DNA of 64,000 bases from Spirochaetia bacterium (GTDB lineage Bacteria; Spirochaetota; Spirochaetia; DSM-16054; Sediminispirochaetaceae). The notes under the pieces are model-generated. The model was not told the DNA's origin and searched no databases. It was given only the letters and a program-made list of their open reading frames with translations. How positions within the stretch are numbered: position 1 is the first letter of the stretch; each line of letters starts with the position of its first letter. Positions 61,207 to 64,000 of this stretch are shown piece by piece. The position numbers and the translations under genes were made by a program. Location: NCBI GenBank assembly GCA_034520965.1, contig JAXHMY010000009.1:160001-224000 (forward strand). Direction: 5' to 3'.

Positions 61207-62046
61207 ATGGGAAAATTCGCCTTTGCAGTTTTAACCGAAATGGAGCTGAAGCTCCCCTTTTACCTTTTGGGAGTGGGAATCGATTTTCATCAGGAAATGG
61301 ACCCGCATAACCGGCCCAAGGGCTTTCCTCATTACCAGTGGATTCAGTGCGAAGAGGGCGAGGGGGTCCTGCACCTGGAGGGGCAGAAATATGTGATCGG
61401 GGCGGATCAGGCTATGTTTCTGTATCCGGGAGTCTCCCACCGCTATTATCCTGTAACCTCGCCATGGAAAGTGCACTGGTTTACCTTTGGCGGGAAGAAC
61501 CTGCCGCCGGTTCTGGATGCTGCCGGATTGAAACAGTCCGGCGTGTATTCGGTGGTGCACGCTGAGCAGCTGGTCAACAAGATGCGGGTTGCCTTTTCTC
61601 ATCTTCTATCCGATTCCAGCCTCAAGGGCCTGGAGTGCTCTTCTCTGGTGTATGATTTTCTCATTACGCTCATGAAATTCGCCCACAGTAGTGATGATGA
61701 GCCGGTGGTAACCAAGTATTCCCGCCTGAAACCGGTATTTGATTTCATTGATCAACACTATCGGGATATCATCACCATTGATGATCTCGCCGCTACCCTC
61801 GACGTAACTCCCCAGTATCTCTGCCATCTGTTCAAGGCAACTATGAACCACCGCCCCTTTGAGTATGTCAACTCTTTTCGCATTGCCCGCAGCAAGGACA
61901 TAATGGTGCAGCACCCGGAAATGAGTCTATCCGAGGTTGCCGTACAGTGCGGCTACGAATCACTGAGCTATTTCAGCAGTGTCTTTAGAAAAACAGAGGG
62001 ATTGAGTCCGGGGGAGTATAAAAAAATTCACCTTGGGCGGGTATAG
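61207..62046 (+). CDS. AraC-family transcriptional regulator, divergent from the ABC operon
   Basis: Cupin N-terminus (PGVSHRY, WKVHWFTFGG) and double HTH (CGYESLSYFSSVFRK). Confidence 0.95.
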   Translation: MGKFAFAVLTEMELKLPFYLLGVGIDFHQEMDPHNRPKGFPHYQWIQCEEGEGVLHLEGQKYVIGADQAMFLYPGVSHRYYPVTSPWKVHWFTFGGKNLPPVLDAAGLKQSGVYSVVHAEQLVNKMRVAFSHLLSDSSLKGLECSSLVYDFLITLMKFAHSSDDEPVVTKYSRLKPVFDFIDQHYRDIITIDDLAATLDVTPQYLCHLFKATMNHRPFEYVNSFRIARSKDIMVQHPEMSLSEVAVQCGYESLSYFSSVFRKTEGLSPGEYKKIHLGRV

Positions 62047-62080
62047 CTGTTATACTAGTAAGAAAATTGTTGAAAACAAT

Positions 62081-62120
62081 TTTCATCGTTTCGGTTGCCG
62101 CGTAGCGGTATGCGAAACTA
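62081..62120. repeat. 40-bp palindromic intergenic repeat, copy 2
   Basis: TTTCATCGTTTCGGTTGCCGCGTAGCGGTATGCGAAACTA. Confidence 0.8.
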
Positions 62121-62166
62121 ACAGCAGGCTTAGAAAAATGAGGAGAAAAATTATGAGGAGCAGGGA

Positions 62167-62496
62167 ATGAGTTCAGACGTACCTACAGAAAACAGTGAAG
62201 CCCGGGATGTCGTACTGGTGCATGGTTCACATTTTGGCTGGGTTGATGTAGAGAACCTTAAGACGTTCTTAGATAAAAAGTGCTGCACCGACTGCTGGCT
62301 GTATCTGGAAACTGCACCGGTGGAGCGGGTAGAACGGGCGTTGGAAGAGGACACCCGAATTAGGGTGAGAGTTACCAAGAAGCCTAAAAAATCAGCCAAA
62401 GCGTACTATGACGAGCTAATGAAAGAGGGTCGCTCGGTCGAGGTAAAGCGCCTGGAAGAGGTGTCGGACCGCTCCATGAACCGCGGCGGATGCTGA
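62167..62496 (+). CDS. Small Cys-containing hypothetical protein
   Basis: GAGGAG RBS; CCTDC and C-terminal GGC. Confidence 0.7.
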   Translation: MSSDVPTENSEARDVVLVHGSHFGWVDVENLKTFLDKKCCTDCWLYLETAPVERVERALEEDTRIRVRVTKKPKKSAKAYYDELMKEGRSVEVKRLEEVSDRSMNRGGC

Positions 62497-62523
62497 CCGG
62501 CCGTGCTGCAGCCCGTGCTACAG

Positions 62524-63315
62524 CTACATTAGTGAACGAAGGCTGCCACCGTCTATGACGTAAGAGTGGCCGGTGACGTAGCCGGCGGCATCGGAGAGTA
62601 AAAAGACCGCCGAACGGCCGAACTCGTCGGGGTCTCCATCGCGCCCCAGGGGAACCGCCTTCTGCCGTTCTTTGCTCACCTGTTCAACCGGAATACCCTG
62701 CCTTTCGGCTGCAGTCGCATCGAGGGATTGCAGGCGGTCGGTGCTGAAAAATCCGGGAATAATGTTATTGACACGAATCCCGTAGGGGGCAAACTCGTTG
62801 GAAACCGTTTTTACCAAACTGGTTACTCCGCTGCGCATTACGTTGGAAAGAATGAGGTTGCCGATGGGCTGCTTCACCGAAATTGAGGTGAGGGTCAGGA
62901 TTGATCCGCTGCCCTTCTCTTTCATCACCGGAGCTACCTCACGTATCAGTCGAACCGCAGACATGAGAGTCAGTTGAAAGGCCTGTTCCCAGCCCTCATC
63001 CTGAAAGTCGAAGAAGGTTCCTGCGGGAGGACCTCCGGCATTGACCAGCACCGCATCGATGGTACCGTAGAGGGTGAGGGTATCGCTTACCCACTGCCGG
63101 ATTGACTCGGCACTGCTCATATCCAGGGTGAAGCCGCTGACTGGAGTCCCGGTTTCCGAGTGCAGGGTTTCCGCCGCTGTACCTATTTTTTCCTGTGAGC
63201 GGCTGCCGATTGAAAGCCGAGTTCCCTCTTGGGCGGCTACTCGGGCTACGCTATAGCCCAAGCCGCGGCTGGCGCCGGCTACCATAACTACCTTGTTTTT
63301 TAAGTTTAAATCCAT
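62524..63315 (-). CDS. SDR family oxidoreductase
   Basis: AGASRGLG, VNAGGP and SNVMR. Confidence 0.93.
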   Translation of the reverse strand: MDLNLKNKVVMVAGASRGLGYSVARVAAQEGTRLSIGSRSQEKIGTAAETLHSETGTPVSGFTLDMSSAESIRQWVSDTLTLYGTIDAVLVNAGGPPAGTFFDFQDEGWEQAFQLTLMSAVRLIREVAPVMKEKGSGSILTLTSISVKQPIGNLILSNVMRSGVTSLVKTVSNEFAPYGIRVNNIIPGFFSTDRLQSLDATAAERQGIPVEQVSKERQKAVPLGRDGDPDEFGRSAVFLLSDAAGYVTGHSYVIDGGSLRSLM

Positions 63316-63427
63316 GGTATTAATGGTAATGATACTTGGAGGGAAAGTGCAAGCTTTCCAGGAGCTATTTTTGTCGGCATTCAATAAACAGCTTGAAAAA
63401 AAGAGTGTTCAGTGGTAGCAGTAATTT

Positions 63428-64000
63428 ATGCAGTATGATCACATAAGCGAACTCATTTTAGCTCATATCGACGACCCCCGCCATCTGTTCGTATTTCCCT
63501 CCGAGGTAGCCGGGGAGTTTCGTCAGCGGGATGCCCTATTGCGCTCGTCAAAGCGGGCCATCAGGCGCGATAGGTTTATCTCCTGGGACAGGCTGAAGGA
63601 GCGTGAGTTTTCGCCGGGTCAGGAGCGTCTGCCGGCAAACTCGGTGTTCAGGCTGCTTTTTTCCGCCGGGCTGCTGGAGGAGCATCGCAGCCGAGGCCCG
63701 GTGCTGCAGTATCTGCTGGGAGAAACCCCGGAGGCGGCAGCGGCGGGGTTCCAGCGCCAACTGGCCCTTTCCCTGCCCCAGCTGCAGCGGGCCCAGGAGG
63801 TGCTCGAAACACATCCGGATATTGTCCCTCCTGCCCTGAACCATGATGTAAGAACTCTCTACCAGCGCTATCTTGAGTTTTTGGATGGGGCGGGTCTGTT
63901 TGAGCCTGCTTTCGTCCCGCCCCAGGCAGGGGAGACCCGCTGGGTATATCATATTTTCTACCCTGAACTGATAGAAGATTACCGCGAGTACCGGCACCTT
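63428..64000 (+). CDS. AddB/RexB-like PD-(D/E)XK nuclease-family protein, N-terminus (runs off the window)
   Basis: Open frame MQYDHISELILAHIDDPRHLFVFPSEVA...RFISWDRLKE...HIFYPELIED, missing from the ORF track. Resembles spirochaete AddB N-termini. Confidence 0.65.
   Translation, partial: MQYDHISELILAHIDDPRHLFVFPSEVAGEFRQRDALLRSSKRAIRRDRFISWDRLKEREFSPGQERLPANSVFRLLFSAGLLEEHRSRGPVLQYLLGETPEAAAAGFQRQLALSLPQLQRAQEVLETHPDIVPPALNHDVRTLYQRYLEFLDGAGLFEPAFVPPQAGETRWVYHIFYPELIEDYREYRHL

Noticed and set aside
41631..62120. tRNA-integrated island or prophage
   Set aside because: No integrase, no duplicated tRNA 3' end seen and no phage gene cluster; the accessory genes lie 5' of the tRNA.
63548..63997. 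149-aa minus-strand ORF
   Set aside because: Shadow of the + strand AddB-like gene that runs off the window.

Overview
This is a gene-dense bacterial chromosomal window, most likely from a free-living spirochaete (Spirochaetia). The assignment is inferred from an 'LFAGGQQE'-type solute-binding protein, an HDOD protein, a stand-alone flgM, an AddB-like N-terminus and several spirochaete-type hypotheticals. Bases 1-41.7 kb are mostly housekeeping: nadE, GH13 glucanase, buk, lipase, DAHP synthase-prephenate dehydratase fusion, leuS, htpG, System II cytochrome c biogenesis, PP2C/STAS pair, rlmE, aspS, rsmI, flgM, LonC-like protease, lspA and tRNA-Ala(GGC). Bases 41.8-62.5 kb look more accessory: an MCP, a Prx/PerR/MsrB oxidative-stress cluster, an RND pump, a complete 1281-bp IS with an 8-bp target duplication, a sensor kinase and an AraC-linked sugar ABC operon ending in an uncharacterised GT-B-fold enzyme. 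Six genes carry single-base indels, probably long-read assembly errors. The best candidates for new biology are the GT-B enzyme/ABC operon, two 43-bp promoter palindromes with identical arms but different self-complementary cores, the atypical IS, a 40-bp REP-like repeat, widespread apparently leaderless promoters and an Fe-ADH homologue lacking its metal ligands. All family assignments come from recognising motifs by eye; no database searches were run.
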